Shown: piece by piece, positions 24,545 through 38,300 of the stretch | Layout of the letters: the number at the start of each line of letters is the position of its first letter | Position numbering within the stretch: the stretch's first letter is position 1 | Source of the DNA: Octopus sinensis | Lineage: Eukaryota | Reading direction: 5' to 3' | Length of the DNA stretch: 64,000 bases | NCBI RefSeq assembly: GCF_006345805.1 | Contig: NC_043002.1 | Span: 89,094,001-89,158,000 of the forward strand | Position numbers and translations under genes: made by a program | Notes under the pieces: model-generated | Seen by the model: the letters and a program-made list of their open reading frames with translations, nothing else | The model's database searches: none | What the model was told of the DNA's origin: nothing

Positions 24545-24663
24545 CAGGGATTCCCAAAATGTGTTCTACAAAACTCCAGGGTTCCCTGAAAGTTATCAGG
24601 GGTTCCACGTTTTTAAAAATAATGTCGAAGGATTCTGCGACATAAGAAGTTTAGGGACCACTG
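24545..24663. mobile_element. Small old hAT-like MITE
   Basis: CAGGGATTCCCAAA ... TTTAGGGACCACTG imperfect TIRs. TSD degenerate. Confidence 0.35.
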
Positions 24664-26939
24664 ATTTAGTGATTAACTAAATGTTTTTAAGCTTACCACA
24701 GTCATGCCTCTGTACAAATTCATACAGTGGTGTTTGCTGTTGTTCACCAACAGTGCTAGACAAACTAGACTCTCTCTCTCTCTCTCAGTCTGAGTATTGC
24801 TTTCTTGAAGAAGAAATTGGCTATGATCAAACCTGGAGAGGGCTTGTCAGGTCAAAAATATCTCTACAACATCTGTCTATTTCATCAGTATGTCATTTTT
24901 TAATATATAGTATATTTTAGAATTTCACGTAAAAATGCATGATGTTCCCACAAACCAATTTCATACAAGACAATTTTTTCATAATTTAATTATTACATAT
25001 ATAATGCCAAAAAGCACACTGGAGACTGATAGCCAATAGAATAGAAATTTTTAAATTTATTCTTTCTGTGCATCCCAGTACCAAATGCTTTATGGCCCAG
25101 TGTTGGTCTGCAGTCCAGTGGTTAGAGATCCCTCCCCTAGAGGACAGTTAATACAAAGAAGGTAATCATCGCTTCATACTATTTGATGGGATTAGAAGTC
25201 TGAATTTGAGTTTCTTAACACTTTCAATGTGGGAATCATCAACAAATGATTTGCTCATGGTATACTGACAGATAAAAGACATCAATAAGCAATTCTGATC
25301 ATCATATAATTTTAAAGACATAAAAATTCAGCTTCAAAATATTATTGATTTTCACAAATTTTGCAACCAAGAGGACATGCTTAGACATTAATTTACATAA
25401 CTAAAGTATTATGCTGAATAAGAGTTACTCATCTTCTATAATTATCTTCTAATAATATTGAATATTTTTCCAAGGGTGACAAGCTAGCAGAACTGTTAGA
25501 ATGCCAGGTAAAATGTTAAGCAGCATTTCATCCATCTTTACATTTACTCCTGTCAAGGTCAACTTAGCCTTTCATCATTTTGGGGTCAATAAAATAAGTA
25601 CCAATTCTCAACTGATTTTCACTAAACTTTACACACACATTACTTATGTCCCAGTGATGGTCATACACAATAACATTTTGCCCAGAGCTTCAGTGTATTA
25701 TTACTTGGTTAGAGAATATAAAAATGAAAGGATTTTATCTATTCATTTATTTTAACTGTCCAATAGCAAACAATCTTAATCTCCATAGTTAAACTGCATT
25801 AAACTTTGGCAATCTTACCTTTCCCTATTCTGAGTTACTTGAAAGGTGATGTTCTCTTCCCTCTCTTCTATTTGTTGATACCTTTGTTTACCTACCAATG
25901 CATTGTTTCACTTTAAGGATGCTTATTTACCCATCCATTATGATATTCCGAATGCAACATCTTTTCACTGCGAACTGCTAAAGATTCAAAACGGTATTCG
26001 CGTACTGAAGTCAAACTCTTTATATCTTCCTTTTTCATCACTGAAGTCAATTTCAGAGTGGTCATACACTGTAAGCATGTAGCAAATACATTGTTTTAAC
26101 TCTACTTTTTCAAGTAGGTATTATATTGCCATTTTTTAACATACCAATCATACTTCTCTCCAAAATGAATTAGCTCCCTTTGCTGTTGAATCAAATAAAC
26201 TCGCAGACGGGAAGTTTCAACATCTTCCTTCAATTTCCTTACACCATTCATGTGGCTGTTTCTGACAAGAAATTTCACTTCCATGTAAAACAACTATATT
26301 TTGTAGTCATTATCCATAATCTACTCCCCAAACACTTCAGTAGCTCTAATCTGTATCACTTGCAAACTTATATGTTCTATGACCATTAAAGTGCAATGAC
26401 TTCCACAATAACCAGTTTTCAATTTGGTTTTCATTCCTAGGTTAATCAGAAACATAGATTTGCGCGCTACTGATAAACCCTCTCCGTAGTTCAATTATTT
26501 GGTGAAAAAAATACCACCAAAGCAACTTAAACCATCCAAAGGACAGGTGTGTTTGCTAGTCCAGCTATAATTCACATAATTAAATATTCATTAACTCATT
26601 TACATGTTTCAGTCATTGAATGTAGCCAGGCTAAGGCACTGTCTTTTAGGGGTTAGTTGATCAAATCAAATCACCCTCTAGCATTTTAAATCTGGTATTT
26701 ATTTAATCAGTCTCTTTTTGCTAAACCACTAAGTTACAGGGATGAAAACAAACCTAATTGGCACCTAGCTGGTGAGAGACAAACACAAACACACACAACA
26801 GGTTTCTGCACAGTTTCCATCCATCAAATTCACTCACAAAGTATTGGTTGATCCAGGGCTGTATACTAGAAGACACTTGCCAATGGTGCTGCACAGTAGA
26901 ACTGAACCAAAAACCATATAGTTGCAAAATAAACTTCTT

Positions 26940-27354
26940 ATAGGCACAGGAGTGGCTGTGTGGTAAATAGCTTGCTTACTAACCACATAGTTCCGGGTTC
27001 AGTCCCACTGCGTGGCACTTTGGGCAAGTGTCTTCTACTATAGCCTCGGGCCGACCAAAGCCTTGTGAGTGGATTTGGTAGATGGAAACTGAAAGACGCC
27101 TGTCGTGTATATGTATATATATATATATGCGTGTGTGTGTTTGTGTGTCTGTGTTTGTCCTCCCCCAACATCGCTTGACAACCGATGCTGGTGTGTTCAT
27201 GTCCCCATAACTTAGTAGTTCGGCAAAAGAGATCGATAGAATAAGTACTAGGCTTACAAAGAATAAGTCCTGAGGTCGATTTGCTCGACTAAAGGCGGTG
27301 CTCTAGCATGGCCACAGTCAAATGACTGAAACAAGTAAAAGAGAGAGTAAAGAG
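26940..27354 (+). mobile_element. tRNA-headed SINE family A, full length, with an internal (TA)n(TG)n
   Basis: A box TGGCTGTGTGG, B box GGTTCAGTCCC, CORE-like CTTGGGCAAGTG and tail GAAACAAGTAAAAGAG. Many related copies in the window. Confidence 0.88.
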
Positions 27355-28033
27355 TTAAGCATACAACACTTTTTCTACTTTTTGTTCTTCTGAAGAATAT
27401 TGTTCCGTCTAACTGCAAATAAGTTACCTATTTTAGGAAAATCAATTGTTCTAGTAAAAATAAATTCACTAACACTATGTCCAACTTAGTCATATATAAT
27501 TAATAGCTTGCTTTGCATATGCATTCATACACAGTCATATATATTACATGTAATTGAGCACAATCTACATGGATAATGTAACTTAAATTTTCCTTTCTCT
27601 TGTACACACATCTTTTCTGTCTATAAGTTCAATAATTTTCACTAGGCTTACACATCTTTTAAAACATCCTGAGAGGAAGACTTCATCATAGTCTCTATTC
27701 AAATAGCAGCAGCAACACATGTATTTTGTTTTTCTTTTTTCTTTTCTTTTTACTGTTTTGTGGTAGGGGAAGGAGAGATCAACATCTATAACCCTTTATA
27801 TTTTTAGGGATTCTAAAACTGATGGAATGAAGAGATGAAGTTACTCCAAACCAGAGATCTATTTACAGCTTGGTACCAGTGACGTCACAACTCATTTCTA
27901 CAGCTGAGTGAACTGGAGCAACACGAAATAAAGTGTCTTGCTCAAGAACACAACGCACAGCTCAGTCCAGGAATCGAACTTATGATTGTGAGCCCAGGAG
28001 CCTAAGCTTTCAGATTACTGTCAAATTTACTTT

Positions 28034-28260
28034 TTTACTCTTTTACTTGTTTCAGTCATTTGACTGTGGTCATGCTGGAGCACCGCCTTTACTTGAGCAA
28101 ATCGATCCCAGGACTTATTCTTTGTAAGCCTAATACTTATTCTATCAGTCTCTTTTGCCAAACCGCTAAGTTACAGGAATGTAATCACACCAGCATCGGC
28201 TGATGTTGGCGGGGACAAACACAGACACACAAACATATACACACACATATATACATACAT
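28034..28260 (-). mobile_element. SINE family A, 3' half
   Basis: Reverse complement of the family tail, truncated at its internal microsatellite. Confidence 0.82.
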
Positions 28261-28287
28261 ACATACATATACATATATATATATTTA

Positions 28288-28347
<60 letters not shown>

Positions 28348-28351
28348 ATAT

Positions 28352-30032
28352 GCCAATGAGAAGCATCAATGATGCTATATTCCTGGTAAGGCAACTGCAG
28401 GAGAAATACCTAGCCAAAGATAAACTCCTATACTTGGGTTTTGTTGACTTAGAGAAAGCCTTTGACAGGATCCTCCGATCCCTTATCTGGTGGTGATGTG
28501 GAAACTGGGGATTGACGAGTGGTTAATATGAGCTGTACAGGGATGCCGTTAGTAAGGTAAGGGTTGGCAATGAGCATAGTGAAGAATTCTGGGTAGAAGT
28601 AGGGGTTCACCAAGGATCAGCCCTCAGCTCCCTCTTATTCATCATAGTCTTCCAAGCAATAACAGAGGTATTCAAGACAGGAGCTCCTCTATGCTGATGA
28701 CCTTGCTCTCATAGTGGAATCACTACCAGAACTAGAGAAGAAATTTCAGGTGTGGAAGCAAGGTTTAGAATTGAAGGCCCTTAGAGTCAATGTTGCAAAA
28801 ACTAAAGTCCTAGAAAGTAGGAAGGCAAACACATCACAAACCCCTTCAGGTAGATGGTCCTGCTCGATCTGCAGAAAAGTTGTAGGTAGAAACTCCATAA
28901 GATGTGCCCAGTGTGAGCTATGGATGCATAAGAGGTGCAGCAACATCAAAGGAAGGTTAACCGGGATGATAGCTTTTGTGTGTGGCAGATGCACAGGGGC
29001 AATAAACTCCGCAGATGCTCAGAAAATGGATTTTATCACATGCCGGGAGAGAAACAAGAAGTAGTTCATAGCTTCTGCTACTTAGGCAACCAAGTCTGTA
29101 CTAGGGATAGATACTCGGAGAGTGTTGCCACTAGAATAAGAATACCCTAGTCAAAGGTCAGAAAGCTCCTACCTCTACTGGTGACAAAGGGCCTCTTGCT
29201 CACAGTGAAAGGTAGATTGTATGATGCATGTGTGTGAACTGCCATGCTACACAGCAGTGAATCATGGGCCGTGACTACTGAAGACATGTGTAGGCTTGAA
29301 AGAAATGAAGATGGTATGATCTGCTGGATGTGTGATGTCAGTGTGCACACACAACAGAGTGTAAATGCCCTGAGGGAAATGTTGGACATAAGAAGCATCA
29401 AATTGGTGTGCAAGAGAGACAACTGTACTGGTATGGTCATGTGAATGGATGAGGAGAGCTGTGTGAAGTGTCACTCCCTAACAGTGGAAGGAATTCGTGG
29501 AAGAGGGAGGCCTAGGAAGACATGGGATGAGGTGGTGAAGCATGACCTCTGAAAGTTGGGCCTCACAGAGGCCAAGACCTCTGTGATTGAGAAGACCTGG
29601 CAAGTAAAGTGAGATCACTGCCATAGCCTATACCAGTGTTGCATAACCAGCCCATTTAAAAAGTACCACTGAATCGTCGGGTGACATGCCATGCTTGGAG
29701 AGACCTATTGAGTCAAGTAAAATCAAAAATCAAATCACAATCAAATGGAAATTGTAGTTGTGGCCATTGCAAGTGCCACCTAACTGGCTCTCGTGCTAGT
29801 GGCACGCAATAAGCATCATTCATGCATGGGTCGTTGCCCATGCCAGTGACACATAAAAAGCACCATCCGAACGTGGTTGATGCCAGCCCACCCCACATTC
29901 GGAGTGATTGATGCTAGGAAGGGTATCCAGCTGTAGAAACATTGCCAGATCAGATTGGAGCCTGGTGAGGCCTCCTGGCTTGCCAGTCCCCAGTCAAACC
30001 ATCCAACCCATACCAGCATGGAAAACGGACGA
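28352..30032 (+). mobile_element. RTE LINE, 5'-truncated and degenerate, starting at a (TA)n tract
   Basis: DAIFLVRQLQEKY, VDLEKAFD, YADD (ctatgctgatgac ~28690), Cys-rich insert, and the same 3' end. Confidence 0.93.
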
Positions 30033-31271
30033 TCAGAGATGCTATTATAATGTGATAGCTTTTAATAAATACTATTTACAAATGTTAGAAATACTTGCAT
30101 TGATAGGTGAAGTCCTCAATATGTGTGTAAGTGGCAAATCAGTTGTCATTACAGCATAGGAGAAAATGCTTTACAGTGTTTATTCCTACTCTCTGTGCTT
30201 AGCATTCAAATCTTATCATAGCATTTAAACCAAATTTTCTCAAAACAACTTGTCCGACCGTCCCATAGGCCTCCCCTTTGAGAAATACCACCAAAATTTG
30301 AGACACCAGCAAAAGAAGAAATAAAGATAGATTTTTTTTCTATTCCAAAGAGAAACGATTTCCCATGGCTTTATTGATCGCATTCTCACCTGGAATCGAT
30401 TTATGTAATTTTTTCAAGACTTAAACACGCCCTGATACTGTCGGTATCTACATATCAAATTTGAGCACGATTGGATGGAGGATGCCCGAGATCGTAGAAG
30501 CCACATACACACACAGAACGGATTTTATATAAGATATATATATATATATATATATAGCTTCTTTACAACATCTGGATCATCTCAAGAGCTAGGATTTGTT
30601 AACTCAGTGCTCAAGAGTTTTGGACTGGCTGCTAATGAGACAAAAAAAATGTTGGCAGAAAATTGTCAGAAGCCACTGAGAAAGCCAACCTTTCCATCTG
30701 GCTCATGAGAGAGGATGAGTGATACAGCAAGAATGAGCAGTGAGGGTGGTAGAAACATCTGGCCCAGAGGTGCAACATCTAACTCAATAAACTTTGTGTT
30801 GTCTGAGAGTTTTGTTACCTACATCGATCAGTGGCCCCAGGCAGCTCTGGCATAATGGTGGAAGAGGCTGAAACACCAACAGAACTGTTTCACTGCCTGA
30901 AGAGACATCAGCTCCTGCATTCAGAGATGGAATACAGCAGCACCCTCGGCACACGTGTTTACCCTAAATGTAATCCTTCACGACTTTTAGTTTTAAATTT
31001 TACACAACTCCAAAGCAGTGCACTAACAGAATTGTTCTTGTGCTGGGCCAAATGCTTACCGTTATTTTTACTGACTTCACGTTCTGAGTTTAAGTTCCAC
31101 CAAGATTGACTTTGCCTCTCGTCCTTTTGAGGTTGATAAAACATTGACACCAGTTGAGCACTAGTGTCAATGTAATCGACTTACCCACTTCCCCAAAATT
31201 GCTGGCCTTGTGCCAAAATATGAAATCATTATTAAGTAACTTGCTCTGATATCAACTTGATTACAAACACC

Positions 31272-31663
31272 AGATCTTTTCGGTTTGAACGGCAGTTTTT
31301 TCTAGCGGTGTCATATGAAATTGTCACCCATAATTATGACCCTAGTATCAATCTATTGCATTTCAATCTGTTTTAGGGTTAGGAGTGGGGGGAAGGGTAT
31401 CTTTTTTTCTTCACAAATGTAAATAAACCCAATCTGTTTCTTAAACGAGGGACATATTCATACGGCACAGAATGTTTTTTTTTTACCTCAATAGACATCA
31501 GTGATTGGTTGAAATTGCAGAAAAAAACACAAATATAGAACTTTCTCAATAAAGCCAAGAGAAAAAGATGTTTTATAAACACATTCTACCAGTATACGAA
31601 GTTTAATATCTTTTAGTTACCTAGAAATTATGTTAAAAACTGCCGTTCAAACCGAAAAGATCC
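31272..31663. mobile_element. Merlin-like MITE, copy 2, in opposite orientation to copy 1
   Basis: Same TIRs and internal sequence. 8-bp TSD CAAACACC at 31264-31271 and 31664-31671. Confidence 0.85.
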
Positions 31664-32329
31664 CAAACACCAAACAACACACCAAAAGTAATTTACTTTC
31701 TATAATCAGGAAGACTGTTTTTGCATGTATGCTCTCCCATCTGCTTGATATATCTAAAATAGTTTACATTTTAGATTCTTCAAGAGTTATCTTCCTTCTT
31801 TTGTATGCGTGGGCTGTTCTGCTAAACCCATATGTGAAAGAATATATTTATTTTTATTTTCCTGTGTATTTTATTCAAATAACTTTATTTGTGTTCAAGG
31901 CATACAGGTGTATAACCGCAAAAGAAGAATTAACAAATGAATTTGAATATAATGTTTATAGATATACTAAGACATCTGTAAACATTGCATCACATTCTAT
32001 TTAAAGCCATTACCATTTCCACAGTGCGGTTAAGAAATGAATGACAAAAATATCAAAATATCAAAAAAATATTCATGATTATATATGCAATTGGCGATCT
32101 ACCCCTTCTTTTCTCTCAACCATTAAAAAATTAAAATTTTGTTTAATAAAATTCGATTTATTGAACCGCAAAATTAAACGAAACACAACTGTTTTATTAT
32201 ATGTGAAAAAGGTCAAACAAAATTTTTTTTTTTTTTTACATATTTGAACGGAACCCTGTTTTTTTCTTGTTTTCTATTTTGATTTTTATATATGTGTAAA
32301 ATAAATAAACAGCAAAGAAATTAATCTGT

Positions 32330-32521
32330 TTTCCTTTGTGACGTATGCTTGTGATTTTCTTCGACGTTATTTTCATTCCGAAATGTCATTTCCAATAACT
32401 TCCGGTAACGCATGCTCGCGTCTCCAAAAATGGTTCCGTTCGTCGACTGTCTTGTGTAATGCCTGTCTAATTATTGCTTATGAATTATCCATAATTTGTC
32501 CCTTTTTTTAAATTTAAAACA
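32330..32521 (+). promoter_or_regulatory. Probable core promoter/5' UTR of the LRP11-like gene
   Basis: Local CpG enrichment just upstream of the ATG. Contains TGACGT (CRE-like, 32339), ACTTCCGGT (ETS, 32398), CGCATGC (NRF1-like, 32409) and AAAATGG (YY1-like, ~32427). Confidence 0.55.
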
Positions 32522-32968
32522 ATGATGAAACCTCTTTTTATCTTTCCGTGTATATTTTTATACTGTTTAGCTTCAGAATTTATCGCTGAGGACTTTGAAC
32601 AAGGACCTTCTATAGCTATTAGGTTGAGTAAGAGACTGGAACGATCGAAGCGGGGCCAACAGGATTTGTTGCAAAACAGTGATGATGCCCAGAGTGAAAC
32701 ACAAACACCCACCAAACAGGCAGATAATCTGCGAGGAAATATAAAAACACCCGATCGGGATAATTCGGGTACGTTATCCGTTTCTGGATCACAGGCTGAG
32801 CATGGCGTCTGCTACTATAACAAGAATACAAGCGTCATCATCAAAACAAACAGCTCTCTGACAGCGGGAGCAAAATTCATGAAATATGCCCAGGCTGTCA
32901 ATAGTATGGACTGTGCCAAAAAATGCTGTGACACAAAAGGATGCAATGAAGCTATATTCGAGAATAAG
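32522..32968 (+). CDS. LRP11: LRP11-like MANEC-domain protein, exon 1 (signal peptide, RSKR furin site, N-terminal half of MANEC)
   Basis: Hydrophobic leader MMKPLFIFPCIFLYCLAS. IIKTNSSLTAGAKF...CAKKCCDTKGCNEAIF resembles the LRP11/HAI-1 MANEC domain. Phase-0 donor AAG|GTAAAT. Confidence 0.85.
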
Positions 32969-33255
32969 GTAAATGTGCATTATATATATATATATGTTTA
33001 TATATTCATTATTATTTTTTATATTGAGGATATCCTAGCACAACATTTCACACACCTTTATAATCAAGTCAATGGAGGAGCCACTTCTTAATCGTGCAAC
33101 CTGTCATGCATAACTGCCAAATATCACTCAAAGTACGCTTTTCAATTACGTCTTAAATAAGTAAAACACACTATAAATGAGGTATAGAAAGGTGGGCTAA
33201 TTGCTTATATATATATATATATTAGAGCAGTTTGCTTTTGCTCTTATATATATAT

Positions 33256-33299
<44 letters not shown>

Positions 33300-33884
33300 A
33301 GTAGTTTGCTTATGCTCGATGTAATTCATCATAAGAAAGGATGGGTGAGGTCACGAAAACAACTGTTCTGTTTGTAGAATAGGTCCAACAGCTTTTTTTT
33401 TTCAAGTCGTCTCATTCAGTGATATGGCGATGTTATTTATACATACACATTCTCTCTCTTTCTTTCTAACGAATATACTTGAATACATATTTTGCTCCTT
33501 TCAGGGACAAAAATTTAGATTATCGAAAGCTGTACAAGAAAATTATTTACATAATTACAATGCATTATCACGATCACTACTCAGACCAATGAATTAAGGC
33601 CTCTACGTAGTTGCTCGATATGCTGGAAATAACAGAAGAATCTCCTTTAAACCACGCCTTTACTGACTTAAACAAGCAAGGATGTATTTTATTAGGTAAC
33701 CCAAAATATATTGCACGAAAAAGAAAGGAAAATAACCCAGTATGTTCAGGGTTAGAACACCCTTAATTGATCTATTCGGTCGAAACTGATATTGGGCTAC
33801 ACATTATAAATTACACACTTCTATTTTCTCCGTATAAATACATTCTTTTTTCTACGATACATCAATTCGAACTCTCTCTGTCTG

Positions 33885-33931
<47 letters not shown>

Positions 33932-34449
33932 GTATATATATATATCCCTCTGTCTTTCTCTTTCGTATATACATATACACATTTATGTCATAGGAACCTG
34001 TCAGTTAATATTTCAAATCTTTTGTAATCGATCACATATGTGTTTATGTGTCTTATTACATCGCTCCCATTTTTTTCTGCTACTGCTAGATATGCACTTG
34101 TCCCGGAGATTCTCTTCTTTCATTTTTCACTAACTGTAACAAGGAAAGGAGAAATTTCATGGATCCATTTAAGCATCACTAACCACCACCACCACTACCG
34201 CCACTTCATATTCAGAGTGAGAGAGCTTGTGTGTATGTGTGTGAGAGAGAGAGGGAAAACACATACGGAGCTTTATGAGTGGAGTCATTGCATAAATCTT
34301 TAATGACCAGATGTGCAATTTTCCATATTAATTTCTATTATTAACAAACATTGCCAGAACCACATACTGCAGTCATGTGTGCTCAACTATTGTTCGTAGA
34401 TCTCGTCCATCCCCCAGTTGCAAGCTCGTTTTACAGTAACTACCTGATG

Positions 34450-34491
<42 letters not shown>

Positions 34492-36199
34492 ACGAACCCA
34501 TCTGGTTTGCAGTCTAATTAGATTTCCATTCCAGTTGTTGCTTAGCCCCTTGGTCAGTGCTGATCAAGTTGACCTATAAATCAAAGGCAATCTAACCATG
34601 ACCATTTCTTCAATATTTTTTTTTTCAAGCTTTGGTATACTCTGAACTATATTATCGATTTGAGTCCTGTATTTTAAGGCAGAGTGGCGTGATTTTGGAG
34701 AGATTTTATTGCTATTTTAGCAGCGACCATTCTGAGGCTCTCTTGTTGACTCATTCAATCCAAATTACATTGTCAAATGGCGTTACTACTCTTGATTTCT
34801 TTTTGCAAATGATGGTCAGATGTTACATATGGAAGAAAATCATAGGTGCTTGCAACCAAGCTGCAAGTAGGCCCAATTGAGGAAATTATTTTATTTCATT
34901 TTATTTTTAGCTATTTTGGTGTTTTGCATTTGTCTAGATCAGATGGCGCAAAGTGTTGTGGTAACATTCCTGTATTGTATTAGTGTATCTACGTTTTCTA
35001 AAAAAGATTTGAATATTACATAACAGATGCTGCTGGATGAAAGCAGGTTTTGACCATGCATTACATCCTAACATATTTTGGGGCTTTTTCTTGCACTTCC
35101 GTATGCCTCTAAGTTGTAGAGTTAGTACATATCTAACTTCATTTTGCATCTCTGGTGTGTCTGACATTTGAATGCTTTTTCATTTACATTATAGTGACGA
35201 ATCAGATTTGACCAAAATAACAAAATTTGAAATGTTGTCATCCAGGGAATTATTATTGCTGTTATTCATAATGACTGGATAATTTCCAGAAGGTTAATCT
35301 TAACGGGCACCAAAAGAGGGAGATCTAAATATGGATCCTCTTTTGACTGGTTTTGGGTTTTTTCTTCTTTTATTTCCATTGTTACAGCATTGTACAGCAT
35401 TGCCTGTCATGACTGTCTTTTGTGCAATTGGGAAGCCACTGTATTATGATTTCCACCTGCTACAGCTAGCAACCAAATCTCCAATTCAGATTTTGTTGTT
35501 TCAAAAATGATTGGATACATTAGGTAATGTAGTCTTAGATACAGTGTTTGAGTAAAAAATAGTATGGTCATGGTTGGAACATCTTTCATTATAGTCAGCT
35601 TGGCCATTGCTGACCTGTGCTTAATAAACTAACAACCTTTCTCACTTCTTTTTTGTTGTCTTGGCTTTAAGTCTCTGACTTGACATTTGTGTCATCTGAA
35701 TAGTACTCCAAATATATGTTTAATTGATATATAGGCTTGCCTGAATTCCCTTATCTCTTCTTAGGGCTTACCATACTACATGGTCACAATCGTCACTAAC
35801 CCCATATATTCTTAAACAAGCAATGTCATCTACCATTCTCATCCTTAAGCATTTGACTTGAATTTTCTATGTGCAATATCATAAGAATATTTATGTATTC
35901 ACACAACCAAATAGCAATAGCAGTGAAATCACTCTCAAATCAAATTCTGCCATCTTAACATCACATCACTATCTCCTGTACAATTTATTTTCTGGAAATT
36001 TCAATTTATTAATTTCTAGAAATTTCAATTTATAAATGTCAAAATTTCATTGCCAGCCATGAGCAACTGTTGACTCTCTTGGAATATTATTTTCACCTTG
36101 AAACTGTTGAATGAAATATTGATTTTTCTATCAGGAAAAGAATCAGCTTTAAGTGAGATGTAGTTTGTACTTTTGCCATGACAGAGTACTGTTGATGCT

Positions 36200-36990
36200 C
36201 TCTTCCTAATGAGATAACTACAGAAATTCTCAACCAAAAGCAAGCTATTGTACCTTGCATTTTTTAACCTGAAGAAGGCTCATGATAGGACACCATGTCC
36301 TGAAGTTTCATGGTGTATGGTATAAGAACACCAGATGTAATTGAACTGTTTGTGAGAGCTGTGCAAGCCATATACAAAAATGTTGTCAGAAAGGTGAGAG
36401 CTAGAATCAAGTTCAGCTGAGAATTTAACGTGCAGGTAATTGATTGTCATGGTTTGGTTCTTAGACCCCCTCCTGTTTATTATAACTCTCTAGAATAAGA
36501 ATAAGATGAAAGAAGTTCAGAGAACTACTACCTCTGTTGGCAGTAAAAGAACTCTCTCAGAGTGAAAGCTAGATTGTATGCTTATGTGAGAACGGCTATG
36601 TTACATGGTAGTGAGACATGGGCTCTGGCTGCAGAGGACATGTGTAAACTGGAGAGGAATGAAGGTAGTAGGCTTCGTTAGATTTGCAACATCGGTGTGC
36701 ATGACCGACAAAGCACAACTGTTGAGAGAAAAGTTAGGCATGAATGGGATTAAATGTGGTATGCAGGAGAGGAGAATGCATAGGTTTGGACATGATACGT
36801 ATGAGTGAAAACAACTGTATACAGAAGTGCTTGTCACTGAAAGTGGATGGTATCTGCAGAAGAGGGAGGCCCAGGAAGATATGTGATGAAGTGTTGAGGA
36901 CTGATCTTAGGATGTTAGGGCTCATTGAGGAAATAACAATGGACCAAGCTGTTTGGCAATATGAGGTTCTTCCTGTCCATGAAACTTAAT
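36200..36990 (+). mobile_element. Old, internally deleted RTE LINE fragment
   Basis: Degenerate LHGSETW, MQERRMHRFGH and RRGRPRKICDEV segments. The YADD region is missing. Confidence 0.8.
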
Positions 36991-38300
36991 GGTAGAAGAT
37001 TTGTGTCCCACCCACATGTAACAACACACTTTTGCTGCTGCCTACTCTCTCTCTCTTTTCCTTGGCCACACTCTCTCCTCTTCTTGTTTTACCTCTGACT
37101 AGGTAACCAAGTATCTCCTTTACATCAGCACACTTGTTTCTGGCCTTTTTCTTGTACCTCTCTCTCACTCTCTATCTCTTTTCTCTTTCTCTCTCTCACT
37201 GGATAACCATTTACCTCCTCTATAGCAAGACACCTATTTTTGCCTCACTATTTCTCTGTTACACTCTAATCTATCATCCTCTGACACAAGTTCCCTTCCT
37301 CAAATGCTCTGCCCCTCTCATAATTCCTTGTCTTGCGAGTTACCTGGTCATCTTGCCAGTGCTGGTGCCACATTAAAAGCATTTAGTCCACATCGTAATG
37401 TGGTTGGCATTTGGAAGGGCATCCAGCTATAAAAATCATGCTAAAGTTATCCTTGCCTGTGCTAGTGCCACATAAAAAGCACTGAGTCCACTCTGCAGAG
37501 TGGATGGTGTTAGGAAGAGCATCCAGCCGTAAAATCCCTGCCAAAACAGACACAATAGCCTAGGGTAGTTTTCTAGCTGGTCAGCTCTTGTCAACTGTCC
37601 TACTTATGCATGCATGGAAGATGGACATTAAACGATGACGATGATGAAGAAGCAAAGCCTACAATCAAGAGGCCTTCAGGAGAGAAAACAGAATTTTACT
37701 ATCATCTGGAAAATGGCCATACTCAACATGCAGAAAAGGAGTTGGTAGGAATTACATATAATGTACCCAGTGTAAAGTATGAGTGCACAAAAGATGACAA
37801 AGATATTCATATTTAGCAGCTATGCTGTAAGAGTACTCATGAAATGAATTATTTCAATTGTTTGGAAGAATACTCTGGAAATAGCCTTAAAAAAAAAATA
37901 GAGTGATCCATACACTTTTGATGTCTCTAAAAGCTTAAACTCATCATCCTTTGCCAGCCTCTTGTTACATATAGATTACACTATCTCCTAAATTGATGTT
38001 CTATTGATTTTAAAATCTGAATCAATTCAAGCTACAGTAATTCTGATTTCACCTTGTATTCCTTTATTTTCAAACCTTAAGTGTTGATTATGAGTACCCT
38101 TTTCTCTTACACAATAAAATATCTATCATGTTCATCTATGTAGGTTGAACTTCATCGGCCAGCTGGCATTTTAGCTGTGGCCATTTTGTCTTTATTGTCT
38201 TTATTTAGATCCCTCTTGTCCTTAGATTTAAAACTTAAGCAAGTCACCCATTGTTAAAGATTATTGAATGTTTGAAGGAGATTTGGTTATTCCATTTTAG

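Noticed and set aside
26102-26293. Ubiquitin-like motif (QQQRELIHFGEK vs QQRLIFAGK)
   Set aside because: The resemblance covers only a few residues and the rest does not fit the fold pattern.
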